This document shows, piece after piece, positions 25,810-40,801 of a DNA stretch of 64,000 bases. How positions within the stretch are numbered: the stretch's first letter is position 1; the number at the start of each line of letters is the position of its first letter. A model generated the notes under the pieces. The model saw only the letters and a program-made list of their open reading frames with translations, did not search any database and was not told the DNA's origin. This DNA is from Octopus sinensis (lineage: Eukaryota): the NCBI RefSeq assembly GCF_006345805.1, contig NW_021833426.1:1-64000 (forward strand). Reading direction: 5' to 3'. The position numbers and the translations under genes were made by a program.

Positions 25810-25980
25810 CCCCACAAGAATACGCATCCACACGCATCTTTGGCAACAAATCATGCAATCAGCGAATCGAACTGGTCAGCGTCTCCCATCGACCACACAG
25901 CCAAGACTTGGCATCTTTCGACTTCTTTTTGCTCGGCCTAATGAGACACAGTTTTGAGGGATAACGATTTGATGATAGAC
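25810..25980 (+). pseudogene. Mariner transposase catalytic-domain relic
   Basis: ELVSVSHRPHSQDLASFDFFLLGLMRHSFEG*RFD resembles HPPYSPDLAPSDF.LF..+K..L.G.RF. Confidence 0.7.
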
Positions 25981-26001
25981 AAAATAAAAGTGAAGAGGGA
26001 A

Positions 26002-26368
26002 GGAAGCACTCCGTCGGTTACGACGACGAGGGTTCCGGTTGATCCGAATCAACGGAACGGCCTGCTCGTGAAATTAACGTGTAAGTGGCTGAGCACTCCA
26101 CAGACACGTGCACCCTTAACGTAGTTCTCGGGGATATTCAGCGTGACACAGAGAGTGACAAGGCCGGCCCTTTGAAATACAGGTACAACAGAAACAGGAA
26201 GTAAGAGTGAGAGAAAGTTGTGGTGAAAGAGTACAGCAGGGATCACCACCATCCCCTGCCGGAGCCTCGTGGAGCTTAGGTGTTTTCGCTCAATAAACAC
26301 TCACAACGCCCGGTCTGGGAATCGAAACCGCGATCCTATGACCGCGAGTCCGCTGCCCTAACCACTGG
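26002..26368 (-). mobile_element. tRNA(Arg)-like SINE, group R, near full length
   Basis: Minus strand cagtggttagggcagcggactcgcggtcataggatcgcggtttcgattccc...gtcgtaaccgacggagtgcttcc. Confidence 0.9.
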
Positions 26369-26734
26369 TAGATTAAAGACGTAGAGGTTTTCAAATAACA
26401 TTCGTGAATTGGGTTTAATGAGGACACAAGTTATCTTTTGTGATGGAGTCTGAGTACTTTTGTATTACGGAAGAGCTGATGTATTCACATACGCAATTTG
26501 AACGACTTGTGTCAGTTAATAAAAACAAAAGGGTTATGTCAATTTTTGCTGACCACCATAACGAAAAAAATCCAACGGCTGATTGTGGCTTTAAGAATTT
26601 CGGGTCTTCACTTACTCAGGAAGAAAAATGGGGCAATAGGTAGGAAGACATAAAATTCTATAGCGACCAACCCCTGTGTTACATGAAACACGATTCTGAT
26701 ATCATAATCGCCATCTGTATGACATGAAAGAATC

Positions 26735-26938
26735 TACTTTCTTTCCTTTTTTCTTTCTTTCTTTTTGTTTGTTTGTTTCTTTTTTTCTTTCTTTCCTTCT
26801 TTCTCTCTTTTTATTTCTTTCTTTCTTTCTCTCTTTTCTCTCTCTTTATTTCTCTCTCTCTTTTTTTTTTCTTTGTCTCTTTCTTTCTCTCTTTCTCTTT
26901 TTCTTTGTCTCTTTCTTTCTCCCTTTCTCTCTTTCTTT

Positions 26939-26969
<31 letters not shown>

Positions 26970-26972
26970 TTT
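26735..26972. repeat. CT-rich low-complexity tract
   Basis: Direct reading. Confidence 0.95.
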
Positions 26973-27420
26973 GCCTCTAAATGGCCATCACTTGTTACAC
27001 GAGATCCAACTCAGTCTGATAATGGCCATCACTTGTGGGACATGAAGCCACTCGCTTTCTCATAATGTTTGAAGCCGTCTAACTTAGGCTAAATTAAAGC
27101 AGGGACTGCATCTTTCATATAAGCGTATCCAGCGTGCATTTACGTGCATGTTTAAGTCCACACAAATGCACACACACGCATAAATACACACTGTCGGAAG
27201 GCGGTTGACTCCCGTGAGTTTATTCAATCTTTGGCAGGTATTATTTTCCATTCCACAAGGTGTCCAAAATTCTCATGAGGCGAGCTTCGTAGGATTCCCG
27301 GTTTAGTCGTCGACGACTGGCAGTCATCAGAACGTACTATGTTACACGCATTCACTCACACACACACACACACAGTGATATGATTACACATGTGAATGTG
27401 TGGGTATATATATATATATG

Positions 27421-27808
27421 CTCTTTTACTCGTTTCAGTCATTTGACTGTGGCCATGCTGGAGCACCGCCTTAAGTCGAGTAGATCGACCCTAGGACGTA
27501 TTCTTTGTAAGCCTAGTATTTATTCTATCGGTCTCTTTTGCCGAACCGCTAGGTTACGGGGACGTAAACACACCAGCATTGGTTGTCAAGCGATGTTGGG
27601 GGAGACAAACACACACACACACAATATATATATATATACATATATACGACGGGCTTCTTTCAGTTTCCGTCTACCAAATCCATTCACAAGGCTTCGGTTG
27701 GCCCGAGGCTATAGTAGAAGACACTTTCCCAAGGTGCCACGCAGCGGGACTGAACCCGGAACCATGTGATTGGCAAGCAAGCTACTTACCACACAGCCAC
27801 TCCTGCGC
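27421..27808 (-). mobile_element. SINE group K, full length
   Basis: Reverse complement of family consensus. Confidence 0.92.
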
Positions 27809-27870
27809 ACACACAAATATTTATACTGTGCACGTACGTACATCTGTGAATATACGATGTATGTATATAT

Positions 27871-29052
27871 TGTTACGGTTGGCTAAGTGCATTTCTGGTG
27901 ACCCACATTGGAATTATGGTTCCGGCATGTCTGGGCGAAATGTGACAGTCTTTTGTCTAATGGAGGACTAATGGGTTTTGGAATGACCTGTGACCTCGTG
28001 TGGTTGATAAGAGGTCAGTGAGAAGTGAGGGGGGAGGAAGACAGATTAAGGGAATCTAAGAGCAGATGGAGAGGGTATTGACAGTAAGAGAGAAGGACAG
28101 GCAGAGAGTATGGTAGAGCTGTCATGAGAGAGATAGAGTATAAGACTAAGGGACAGTTAGAGAGGGTATGAGCGGTACAGAGGGAGATGAGGGAGTGGAG
28201 GAAGCACAGAGGAAGTGAGGTCTGGTAGTTCGCAGTTGGTCGTCAGGAAGGACGGATCTGAGTAGTTGGTAGCTGGTCGTCAAGAAGGGCAGTCGTTGAG
28301 CGGTCGTCGAGGAACACGGACGGACTCTGGAGGTCAGAGCGAGTGGATGGAACCTTGGATTTAAGGAGCAAGCGTTGGAATTCCTGGGAGCGAGCTGGGA
28401 TGCGAGGAGGCCTAGGAGCAAGCGATTGGAATATGCACAGAGGGGAATTAGCAGAGTATTCAGAGGATTTAGCAGTATTAAGAGATGAGTGCAGAATGGG
28501 ACACTGGCGATTCAGTTAGGAATTGAGGTATGTGTTGATGTGACTTAATCTGTGGTGTTTAAAAAGAAGGACTCTGTCGATGTAGTCGATAAAGAACATT
28601 GTGAATTGAGTAAAGGACTTGTTGAATTGTAACGTGAATTGTTGTGATACGAACATTGTATAATGTATCGAAGTGTTCTGATTGGACTGTGACGTATCGT
28701 GAACATTATTTGATCTGGACTTGTTGTGTCGTTACTGAACACTGTTATATTGTTACATATACCGTATGATGCATTGATTTGTTGTTTGCCTTAAATGTAT
28801 TTGATGTGTAAGGTATGTGATTGTCGTATAAACTGTTGTTTGAATATAAGCCAGTGTTGCCAGTTGTTGCCTTGCCTCTTTGGGTTGTATCTCGGGTTGT
28901 GCCTCTGTATCTCTGTGCTGCTGAGGTTGTGGTTGTGGCAGTATCTATCTGTATCTCCTCTCTCCGCCTCTTTGGGTTCCGTGGCGGAACTAGTTGTGTG
29001 AGCCGTTCGGGACGGGCGACGACGGCGGGCGATTCCAGTCCGTTCCGTAACA
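27871..29052. mobile_element. Solo LTR (Ty3/Gypsy-like), 1182 bp
   Basis: TG...CA with 8-bp terminal inverted repeat tgttacgg/ccgtaaca; 4-bp TSD atat at 27867-27870 and 29053-29056; composition differs from flanks; no internal ORF. Confidence 0.78.
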
Positions 29053-29059
29053 ATATATA

Positions 29060-29635
<576 letters not shown>

Positions 29636-29826
29636 AGTAAATATATGTCAGTGTGTGTGTGTATGTGTGATATGAGTGTGTGTGTGTCTGTGATATGTGT
29701 GTGTGTGTGATATGTGTGTGTTTGATATGTGTGTGTGTATATATATGTGTGTGTATATATATATATATGTGTGTGTGTATATATATATGTGTGTGTGTGT
29801 GTATAGATGTATATATGTGTATATTA

Positions 29827-29871
<45 letters not shown>

Positions 29872-29980
29872 ATATTATGTGTATATATGTGTATGAGTAT
29901 GTATGCATATATATGTGCGTGTACATGCATATATACATCCACGTACATCTGTCTATATATTGACGTGTATATATATATAA

Positions 29981-30064
29981 CAGAAATCCCTCGACTATCG
30001 CGGGTGTTACGTTCCAGAACATCCCGCGATAGGTGAAAATCCGCGAAGTAGAAACAGTACTGTA
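29981..30064. mobile_element. Tigger/pogo-like transposon end fragment
   Basis: cagaaatccctcgactatcgcgggtgttacgttccagaacatcccgcgataggtgaaaatccgcgaagtag resembles Tigger-type termini; only one end present. Confidence 0.55.
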
Positions 30065-30626
30065 TTCTTTTATCCTTTTGTTTCAGTCATGCTGGAGCAC
30101 CGCCTTTAGTCGAACCCAGAACTTACTCTTTGTAAGCCTAGTACTTATTTTGTCGGCCTCATTTTGTTGAACCGGTAAATTACGGGGACGTAAAAACACC
30201 AACATCGGTTGTCAAGCGATGGTGGGTGACAAACACGCACTCAAATTTACACACACACACACACACACCACACACACATATATACAACAGGCTTCTTTCA
30301 TTTTCTCTCTGCCAAATCCACTTGGTCGGTCCGAGGCTATTGCAGAAGACACTTGCCCAAGGTGTCACGCAGTAGGACTGAACCCGGAACCATGTGGTTG
30401 GTAAGCAAGCTACTTACCACACAACCACGCCTGCGCCTTAATGCCCCCTCTCTCTCATGCTGGAGCACCACCTTTAGTCGAGCAAATAGACCTCAGGACT
30501 TATTCTTCGTAAGCCTAGTACTTATTCTATCGGAGTCTCTTTTGCCGAACCGCTAAGTGACGGGGGCGTAAACACACCAGCATCGGTTGTCAAGCGATGT
30601 TGGGACAAACACACACACACACACAC

Positions 30627-30676
<50 letters not shown>

Positions 30677-30848
30677 CATATATACGACGGGCTTCTTTCA
30701 GTTTCCGTCTACCAAATCCACTCACAAGGCTTTGGTCGGCCCGAGGCTATAGTAGAAGACACTTGCCCAAGGTGCCACGCAGTGGAACTGAACCTAGGAC
30801 CATGTGGTTGGTAAGCAAGCTACTTACCACACAGCCACTCCTGCGCCT
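30065..30848 (-). mobile_element. Two tandem SINE group K copies
   Basis: 30065-30438 and 30455-30848. Confidence 0.9.
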
Positions 30849-31159
30849 ATAGATAGATAGATAGATAGATAGATAGGACAATAGACAGACAGAGCATATT
30901 ACTGAAGAGAGGTAATATTGTACAGTAGTGGAAGAAAGAGAGAGAGAGATAATGAAGTACAAGGCTTCGTTCAAGTCTGTTTCCTATTTTTGTGAATGTC
31001 GGGTTACAATATTTCCATTTTCTCAGGTATAAAGAAAATTTTGAGTCGTAGTACGATGTAAGAACTTCACTTCAGTCTCAAAAGGCATTCATGTTGCACC
31101 GTTGGCAATGAGAGAAACTAAAATCTTCTACTTATATCTAGACGCAGGATATCTATATA

Positions 31160-31550
31160 GGCGCAGGAGTGGCTGTGTGGTAAGTAGCTTGTTTACCAAC
31201 CACATGGTTCCGGGTTCAGTCCCACTGCGTGGCACCTTGGGCAAGTGTCTTCTACTATAGCTTTGGGCCGACCAAAGCCTTGTGAGTGGATTTGGTAGAC
31301 GGAAACTAAAAGAAGACCGTCGTATATATATATATATGTATATATGTGTATGTGTGTGTGTTTGTCCCCCTAGCATTGCTTGACAACCGATGCCGGTGTG
31401 TTTATGTCCCCGTTACTTAGCGGTTCGGCGAAAGAGACCGATAGAATAAGTACTGGGCTTATAAAGAGTAAGTCCCGGGGTCGAGTTGCTCGATTAAAGG
31501 CGGTGCTCCAGCATGGCCGCAGTGTAATGACTGAAACAAGTAAAAGAGTA
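31160..31550 (+). mobile_element. SINE group K, full length
   Basis: ggcgcaggagtggctgtgtggtaag...gaaacaagtaaaagag. Confidence 0.92.
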
Positions 31551-32044
31551 AAACAGAGAGTATAGTGGTCCGTCCTATATGATGGATGTGGGATATTTGA
31601 GATGGAAAGTGAGTCTGTGATTGAATAATATATTGATGTCTTTGAAAATAACAATTGCTCGTAGCCGGGGAGAGAGGGTTGTGTTCCGATGAGAACGGAA
31701 ATAGGGAAATGTTCAGTGGAGAGGCGGATAATTGCGCTGGAGAGTAACGAGGAGAGGGACTTAAAGAGAGGGAGAGGAGGGGGAGGAGAAATAATGAGAC
31801 TAATTACAAACACACACACACATACACACACACACACACGCATGCGCACAAACGCATACGTGAATATGCCTGTATATATAGTTATTTAAATAGATACATG
31901 TATGCATGTGTATAAATATGTATGATGTACATGTGTATATTATTAATGTTATTGTTGCTATTCTGCCGAGGTCGACTTATTCCGCAGAGGTCGACTTTAC
32001 CTTTCATCTTTTCGGAGTCGATAAAACAAGTACCAGTTGAATAC

Positions 32045-32825
32045 TGGGGTCGATGTAATCGGCTCATCTCCTCCCTAAAAATTGCTGCACTTCTAGCAAG
32101 ATTTGGGGCCCGATGTAGTCGACTCATCTCCTCCCTAAAAATTGCTGCCCTTCAAGCAAGATTTGGGGCCCGATGTAATCGATTCATCTCCTCCCTAAAA
32201 ATTGCTGCCCTTCTAGCAAGATTTGGGGCCCGATGTAATCGACACATCCCCTCCTTCAAAATTGCTGCCCTTCTAGCAAGATTTGGGGCCCGATGTAATC
32301 GACTCATCACCTCCCTAAACATTTCTACCCTTCTAGCAAGATTTGGGGCCCGATGTAATCGACTCATCACCTCCCTAAACATTTCTACCCTTCTAGCAAG
32401 ATTTGGGGCCCGATGTAATTGACTCATCTCCTCCCTAAAAATTGCTACCCTTCTAGCAAGATTTGGGGCCCGATGTAATTGACTCATCACCTCCCTAAAC
32501 ATTTCTACCCTTCTAGCAAGATTTGGGGCCCGATGTAATTGACTCATCTCCTCCCTAAAAATTGCTACCCTTCTAGCAAGATTTGGGGCCCGATGTAATT
32601 GACTCATCTCCTCCCTAAAAATTGCTACCCTTCTAGCAAGATTTGGGGCCCGATGTAATTGACTCATCACCTCCCTAAACATTTCTACCCTTCTAGCAAG
32701 ATTTGGGGCCCGATGTAATCGACTCATCACCTCCCTAAACATTTCTACCCTTCTAGCAAGATTTGGGGCCCGATGTAATTGACTCATCTCCTCCCTAAAA
32801 ATTGCTGCCCTTCTAGCAAGATTTG
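32045..32825 (+). repeat. 60-bp minisatellite (13 units) derived from a SINE N 3' end
   Basis: Unit atttggggcccgatgtaatcgactcatctcctccctaaaaattgctgcccttctagcaag; directly continues the SINE body at 31960-32045. Confidence 0.95.
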
Positions 32826-33152
32826 CGACGAGATCGGTAAAGCTGACTGGGCCGACACTGTATATGGCTTTCTAATCAGGAATAAAGAAACGAGGATGGG
32901 GCACTTGGATGTGACAGAGAAACCCAAGCCTTTCCGTGGGGGGGGGGGTTTCCCTTAAAATTACTCAGGAAGGTTTTTCTTCTCTACTAGTGAATTATTG
33001 TTCTTGTTGTTATAGTTTTGTTTTGTTTATCTATTTTTATTCGATGCACCCTCACACATTCGTTTTGAGCGTTTGCTTTCCATCCTTGAATAATCTTCAA
33101 TATGCTGGGCCCTTGTTGCCAATGAAAAGAAATCATCATTCATTATCATTAT

Positions 33153-33562
33153 TAAGGAGGTGAGCTGGCAGAGTCGTTAGCATGCTGGGTCAAATGATTA
33201 GCCGCCGTAAAGATTTCGTCAAACTTAACGTTCTGAGTTCAAATTCCGCCGAGGTCGACTTTGCCTTTCATCCTTTCGGGGTCGATAAATTAAGTACCAG
33301 TTACGCACTGGGGTCGATGTAATCGACTTAATACCTATGTCTGTCCTTGCTTGTCCCCTCTGTGTTTAGCTCCTTGTGGGTAATAAAGAAATAGGTATTT
33401 TGTCTGTGTTCACGTTGTGAGTTGTGAGTTCAAATTCCGCAGGGGTCGACTTTACATTTCATTCTTTCGAGTTCGATAGAATAAGTACCAACTGAGGATT
33501 GGGTCCGATGTAATCGACTCAACCACTCCCCCAAATTTGCTGACTTGTGCCAAAATTTGAAA
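33153..33562 (+). mobile_element. SINE group N dimer (younger copy joined to older copy)
   Basis: Junction aataaagaaata|ggtatttt near 33392. Confidence 0.85.
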
Positions 33563-34691
33563 ACAAACCTATTATTAGTTCTAAGACATAAGAGAATAGT
33601 ATAATTTTTTGTAAGTTCAGATGTGGTTTCAGTGAAGTGTTTTTTTTTAAATTACAAGATTACGTACATACATCATATCTATATATATGTGTGTGTATGT
33701 ATGTGTGTGTGTATATATGTGTGTGTGTGTGTATTTGTATGTGTATGTATGTATATATGTGTGTGTATGTATGTATATATGTGTGTGTATGTATGTATAT
33801 ATGTGTGTGTGTATGTATGTATATATATATGTGTGTGTGTATGTATGTATATATATATGTGTGTGTGTATGTATATATATATGTGTGTGTGTGTATGTAT
33901 ATATGTGTGTGTGTGTATGTATATATGTGTGTGTGTGTATGTATATATATATGTGTGCGTGTGTGTGTACACACTCATACACACAAATGGGGAGTGGGGA
34001 AAAGACTTAGTGAGGGAGATCTAAATATATTCCGCCATATTGTAACCTTACTGTTTTATTGATTTTAATTTGAGAAGTCAAGAAAACACTTGAGAACACC
34101 GACGGTATGTTTGTACATGTGTACGTATCTGTGTGTGTGTGTATATGCAACCATATATACACATGTGCATGTACATGAGTGTATATGTAACTATATATAC
34201 ACATGTGATTGTATATATATACACACACACACGCTCACATATTTCTGTAAGAAATTTTCTTGATGGTTTTCTGTAATAAACATTTCCCCGTATATATATG
34301 TGTGTGTGTGTGTGTGTGTCTGTCTGTCTGTCTGTCAAGCTCTCTAATAGATGTGTGTGTGTCTGTCTGTCTGTCTATCTATCAAGCTCTGTGTGTGTGT
34401 GTGTGTGTGTGTGTGTCTGTCTGTCTGTCAAGCTCTCTAATAGATGTGTGTCTCTATGTCTATCTATCTGTGTGTGGATGTATGTATATATATATATGTC
34501 TGTGTGTGTGATTTTGTGTCTGTGTTTTCCCCTACCACCGCTTGATAACCAGTGTTTGTGTGTTTACCTCCCCGTAACTTAGCGGTTCAGCAAAAGACAG
34601 CGATAAAATAAGTACTGGGGGTCGACTCGTCCGGCTAAAATTCAAGATGGTGCCCCAGCATAGACGCAGTCTAATGACTGAAACAAATAAG

Positions 34692-34884
34692 ATAGATCGT
34701 TAGCTACTCCACGCATTTTTTCTCTCTCTTTGTTTCTCTCCCTGTTTTTTCCAGTATCCCTTTCTGTAGAAGAGCGTAGGCTCAAAACGTAAAAGACTTT
34801 TTCTATTCCTGAGCGCCATACTAATACATTTGTTTGTTTGTACTCCACCTGCCTTCGTCTTTTGTTTATTTTCGTAAACTTTCC

Positions 34885-34886
<2 letters not shown>
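34692..34886 (+). mobile_element. Hammerhead-motif element family A
   Basis: cttt-ctgtaga-agagcgtaggctc-aaaac-gta-aaag at about 34760-34795; ends at (TA)n. Confidence 0.72.
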
Positions 34887-34889
<3 letters not shown>

Positions 34890-34929
<40 letters not shown>

Positions 34930-35325
34930 CGCAGGAGTGGCTGTGTGGTAAGTAGCTTGCTTACCAACCACATGGTTCCGGGTTCAGTCCCACTGCGTGG
35001 CACCTTGGGCAAGTGTCTTCTGCTATAGCCTCGGGCCGACTAATGCCTTGTGAGTGGATTTGGTAGGACGGAAAGAAGCCTGTCGTATATATGTGTGTGT
35101 ATGTGTGTATGTGTGTGTTTGTGTGTCTGTGTTTGTCCCCAACATCGCTTGACAACCGATGCTGGTGTGTTTATGTCCCCGTTACTACTAGCGGTTCGGC
35201 AAAAGAAGACCGATAGAATAAGTACTGGGCTTACAAAAGAATAAGTCCCGGGGTCGAGTTACTCGATTAAAGGAAAGGCGGTGCTCCCGCATGGCCGCAG
35301 TCAAATGACTGAAACAAGTAAAAGA

Positions 35326-35358
<33 letters not shown>

Positions 35359-36475
35359 GTGTGTGTGTGTTGTATCTGTATGTATGTGCAATGTTCACAC
35401 CACGTCGAAATGATGAGCGCTTCAAAGCTGTCCTAGTTCATTCATCCTAACGAATGAAAAACACACCATGATGCATTCTCTTTCATACGAGTGTGTGTGT
35501 GTGTGTGTGTGTGTCTGTCTGTCTTGTGTGTGTTTATGCACACATGCAGAAACCGTCCAGCAACGCTTTACAAACTTACTAAGATGTCAAAGGCATGCGA
35601 ACACAATTATGTTACTGTACACAGCTGTACACACAGATAATACGCGCACTTACTCACACAAATACATAAATACACACACACAAACGCCAGCATATGTGCA
35701 TGCACGAACACAGGACAGACATATATAGCTTCAGTATTTGCACACACAATACAAGCTCACACATATAGAGATAAATCTATAAAGTCATACATTTTCATAG
35801 AAACAGACGCATATTCGGAGAAAGAGAAGAAGTTTACGAAATCTGGTTAGCTCCAAGTATTACGTAATCAAACAACCCAGAGCGTATATTGATGGAAACT
35901 TTCTCAGCCGCCATTTTGAAATCTCCCGCAACGTATTTCAATTTTCATCTTGTGTTGGATGTTTGATAAGATTCGGCCTGTAAAAGTCATCTCTAGGGTC
36001 AACAAATCTATGTTAATTCAATATCTGATTAAAGTAACGTGATTTCGCCATAGTTAGATTATGTGCGGAATAAAATAATGGGAGAGATGAAAAAGTGTGT
36101 TTAGAAAGATAACTGAAGTAGTAAAGAGAGGGAGAGATTAGAGAGATTTTGAGGATGATTAACACAGAAGGATATTAATATTAATAGTACTAAAAGGGGG
36201 TAAGATCAAGGGAGCAGTTTTAGAGAACCAATAAGAGAAACTCGTGAGAAACTGACGAACCAGGAGTAGGAATTAGAATCAAACCACGTATCTACTAGTA
36301 ATTCGCGAAGGACAATGATTGTCATACCAGGCACACAAGTTATTACTGAACACACGTCTATAGGTATAATCAGGGGAGATAATCACCCTTGAGAGATCCA
36401 TCTGATTAGTAAATTTAGTATGTATTACAGTTATATATGAGTATAGATTTGGAAATACATGCGTGTATATATTAT

Positions 36476-36521
<46 letters not shown>

Positions 36522-36916
36522 CGCAGGAGTGGCTGTGTGGTAAGTAGCTTGCTTACCAACCACATGGTTCCGGGTTCAGTCCCACTGCGTTGGCACCTTG
36601 GGCAAGTGTCTTCTGCTATAGCCTCGGGCCGACTAATGCCTTGTGAGTGGATTTGGTAGACGGAAACTGAAAGAAGCCTGTCGTATATATGTGTGTGTAT
36701 GTGTGTATGTGTGTGTTTGTGTGTCTGTGTTTGTCCCCCAACATCGCTTGACAACCGATGCTGGTGTGTTTATGTCCCCGTTACTTAGCGGTTCGGCAAA
36801 AGAGACCGATAGAATAAGTACTGGGCTTACAAAAGAATAAGTCCCGGGGTCGAGTTACTCGATTAAAGGCGGTGCTCCAGCATGGCCGCAGTCAAATGAC
36901 TGAAACAAGTAAAAGA

Positions 36917-36949
<33 letters not shown>

Positions 36950-38070
36950 GTGTGTGTGTGTGTGTATCTGTATGTATGTGCATATGTTCACACCACGTCG
37001 AAATGATGAGCGCTTCAAAGTCTGTCCTAGTTCATTCATCCTAACGAATGAAAAACACACAATGATGCATTTCTCTTTCATATACGAGTGTGTGTGTGTG
37101 TGTGTGTGTGTCTGTCTGTCTTGTGTGTGTTTATGCACACATGCAGAAACCGTCCAGCAACGCTTTACAAACTACTAAGATGTCAAAGGCATGCGAACAC
37201 AATTATGTTCTGTACACAGCTGTACACACAGATAATACGCGCACTTACTCACACAAAAATACATAAAGACACACACACAAACCCAGCATATGTGCATGCA
37301 CGAACACAGGACAGACATATATAGCTTCAGTATTTGCACACACAACAAGCTCACACATATAGAGATAAATCTATAAAGTCATACATTTTCATAGAAACAG
37401 ACGCATATTCGCAGAAGAGAAGAAGTTTACGAAATCTGGTTAGCTCCAAGTATTACGTATCAAACAACCCAGAGCGTATATTGATGGAAACTTTCTCACC
37501 GCCATTTTGAAATCTCCCGCAACGTATTTCAATTTTCAGCATCTTGTGTTGGATGTTTGATAAGATTCGGCCTGTAAAAGTCTCTCTAGGGTCAACAAAT
37601 CTATGTTAATTCAATATCTGATTAAAGTAACGTGATTTCGCCATAGTTAGATTATGTGCGGAATAAAATAATGGGAGAGATGAAAAAGTGTGTTTAGAAA
37701 GATAACTGAAGTAGTAAAGAGAGGGAGAGATTAGAGAGATTTTGAGGATGATTAACACAGAAGGATATTAATATTAATAGTACTAAAAGGGGGTAAGATC
37801 AAGGGAGCAGTTTAGAGAACCAATAAGAGAAACTCGTGAGAAACTGACGAACCAGGAGTAGGAATTAGAATCAAACCACGTATCTACTAGTAATTCGCGA
37901 AGGACAATGATTGTCATACCAGGCACACAAGTTATTACTGAACACACGTCTATAGGTATAATCAGGGGAGATAATCACCCTTGAGAGATCCATCTGATTA
38001 GTAAATTTAGTATGTATTACAGTTATATATGAGTATAGATTTGGAAATACATGCGTGTATATATTATATA
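34890..38070. repeat. Tandem duplication of about 1592 bp, each unit containing a SINE K plus unique sequence
   Basis: SINE heads at 34928 and 36520; units end with gtatagatttggaaatacatgcgtg; copies differ mainly by small indels. Confidence 0.92.
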
Positions 38071-38121
38071 TATATATAATATATATATATATAATATATA
38101 TGCAAAATATATGTGTATATA

Positions 38122-38170
<49 letters not shown>

Positions 38171-38189
38171 GCAAACATATATGTGTATA

Positions 38190-38240
<51 letters not shown>

Positions 38241-38251
38241 AACATAATATG

Positions 38252-38284
<33 letters not shown>

Positions 38285-38739
38285 AACATATATGTGTATA
38301 TATATGTATAATATATATATATATGCAAACATATTGTGTTATATATGTATATATATATATATATATGCAAACATATATGTGTATATATATTATATATATA
38401 TGTATGTATATATATATACATGCAAACATATATGTGTATATATATGTATATATATATATGTATGTATATATATATACATGCAAACATATATGTGTATATA
38501 TATGTATATATATATATGTATGTGTATATATATGTATATATATATATATATGTATGTATATATATATACATGCAAACATATATGTGTATATATATATATA
38601 TGTATGTATATATATATACATGCAAACATATATGTGTATATATATATGTATGTAGATATACACATATACATATGTTTGCATGTATATATCTATATATATA
38701 TATGTGTATACATGTTATAGATATTGACATGCATGTGTA

Positions 38740-38786
<47 letters not shown>

Positions 38787-38790
38787 GTAA
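38070..38790. repeat. (TA)n compound minisatellite with atgcaaacat spacer
   Basis: Direct reading. Confidence 0.95.
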
Positions 38791-40697
38791 ACGCACGTAT
38801 TCAAACTTATACAAATATGCATACAAATGTTATATACAATGTTACATATAAGTTAATGTGTGTGTGTGTGTGTATGCATACACACACATGCGTGTATGTG
38901 TAATATGTATACAAATAAAACTCATACGCTCAGAAATTCACTCGAACAAGTACATACATAGACATATAGACATACACACATTCTCCCTCACACATACACT
39001 CACTCACAGACAGAACAAGGAACTATATAACCAGAGTTTTGTGGGACTCAATGCAATGATTTAGAGTAGACAATAAATTATAATTTAAATCGAAACTCCG
39101 TCGACTGTGACTAATAGTGTAGGTTTTATTGATTTTTTTCAGCCACCAGTGTCGTAAGTGAGACAATTTTGTATTTGTATTCGCTATCAACTCTAAATGA
39201 TCATGTTAATATTATAAAAGCATTTGATATCGTCAGAAGATTATTGTATAAAGTTATTAGTAATTTTTTTTTATAGTTATTTATGACGGCAAAAGTAACG
39301 GATTGCCTGCATTCATTTTATCTGAAGAAAATTTCTGAATTTTTCTAAGAGTCTAGCTGAATGCGTTAGGCGATTATCGGATTTTCTATCATTAGGTTAT
39401 TCAGTTTCGATTTTAATCCTTGACGTCAGAAAAGATATCAGTTCTGAACATTTATTCAAGGTGGAACCTTATAAAACACTATGTTATCTCTCTCTCTCTG
39501 AGAGGTGAAGGTGACGATCACCGTTTCCCTCTTTGTAAAGTTTGGTAAGCTGAAGATTTTCCAAACAGTTTATATTTTTCAAGGAATATAGGTATTTTGG
39601 CCACTTGTGTTCAAATATTTTTCTGAAAGGGTGTAGACGCGGATCAAATCATCCTTTAAATTTATTTCAAACTCAATATAATCTTTAAACATCGAATCAC
39701 AATGTATATAATAAACCGTCGATTAAAAAAAAAAGCAAAAAACATAAAAATAAAATAAATCCTTTAATGGACAATTTGCAGGACAAAGATACGAGCGGGA
39801 AGTATTAGATGTAGAAGTTGTTTAAACTTTTTATTATGGCTGTTTGGCTATTTCTGTTGCAAAATTATGTACAGCTAAACCTAAATTTAACGTTATTTCT
39901 ATTAAAAACTTCATGTAATTTATGATTCTTCGGAAAATGATTATCTCGTTTAACGATATATGTTCATCCTTTGAGATTGAATGGGACATTCATACAAAGG
40001 AGTTTTACGTTTTCTATTACTGAATCTGAAATAAAAGAAGAAAAATTACCCAATTTGTTTTAGCGCTTCTTGTAACAAGAAGCTACTTTGTTAAAGGAAC
40101 GTCGATCCGAGCTTACTTTAACAATGAAATACTGCATAACCACATAGAAACATATGTTACTAAATTATTAATTATAGATAGTAGCCAGGTGATTTGAGAA
40201 AATATTTAGTCATTGCAGACTTTGGTTTCTAAAAAGATATTTAATCGTTTTCGATATAAAAAAAAAATTGCTACACTATACTATCCTTTTTATTCTTTTA
40301 TTCAATGTCATCTGGATTACAAAATCGTCCAGTTTTTGTACCTAAAAGAAAAACTCTTTACTGTTTTATTTTAGATGTTTTATGGCGCTCCCCAACAATT
40401 TTGCACAACCGACTCACGATGTTTTCTTTTTTTTTTCTTTTTATTGAATTTTTTTTTAATTATATGCCTATGAATACGGCATGTATCAATTTGTGTCAAT
40501 CGAAATTTTTAGGTTTAAAACTTTAATGCACGCGCGCGCGCACGCGCACACACAGACACACACACACATAAACAAACAAACATATATTTGTATTCGTACA
40601 TGCTACACGCACGGGACGGAATACAATACTTGATGTCTTAAAAAAACCTAACACCAACTATATATATATATATATATAATATATATATAATATATAT

Positions 40698-40734
<37 letters not shown>

Positions 40735-40769
40735 ACACACATACCACATATATATATATATATATAATA

Positions 40770-40801
<32 letters not shown>

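Noticed and set aside
31922-32787. 20-aa repeat protein ORFs
   Set aside because: The 60-bp unit is SINE-tail derived, and stops appear in the plus frame in later units
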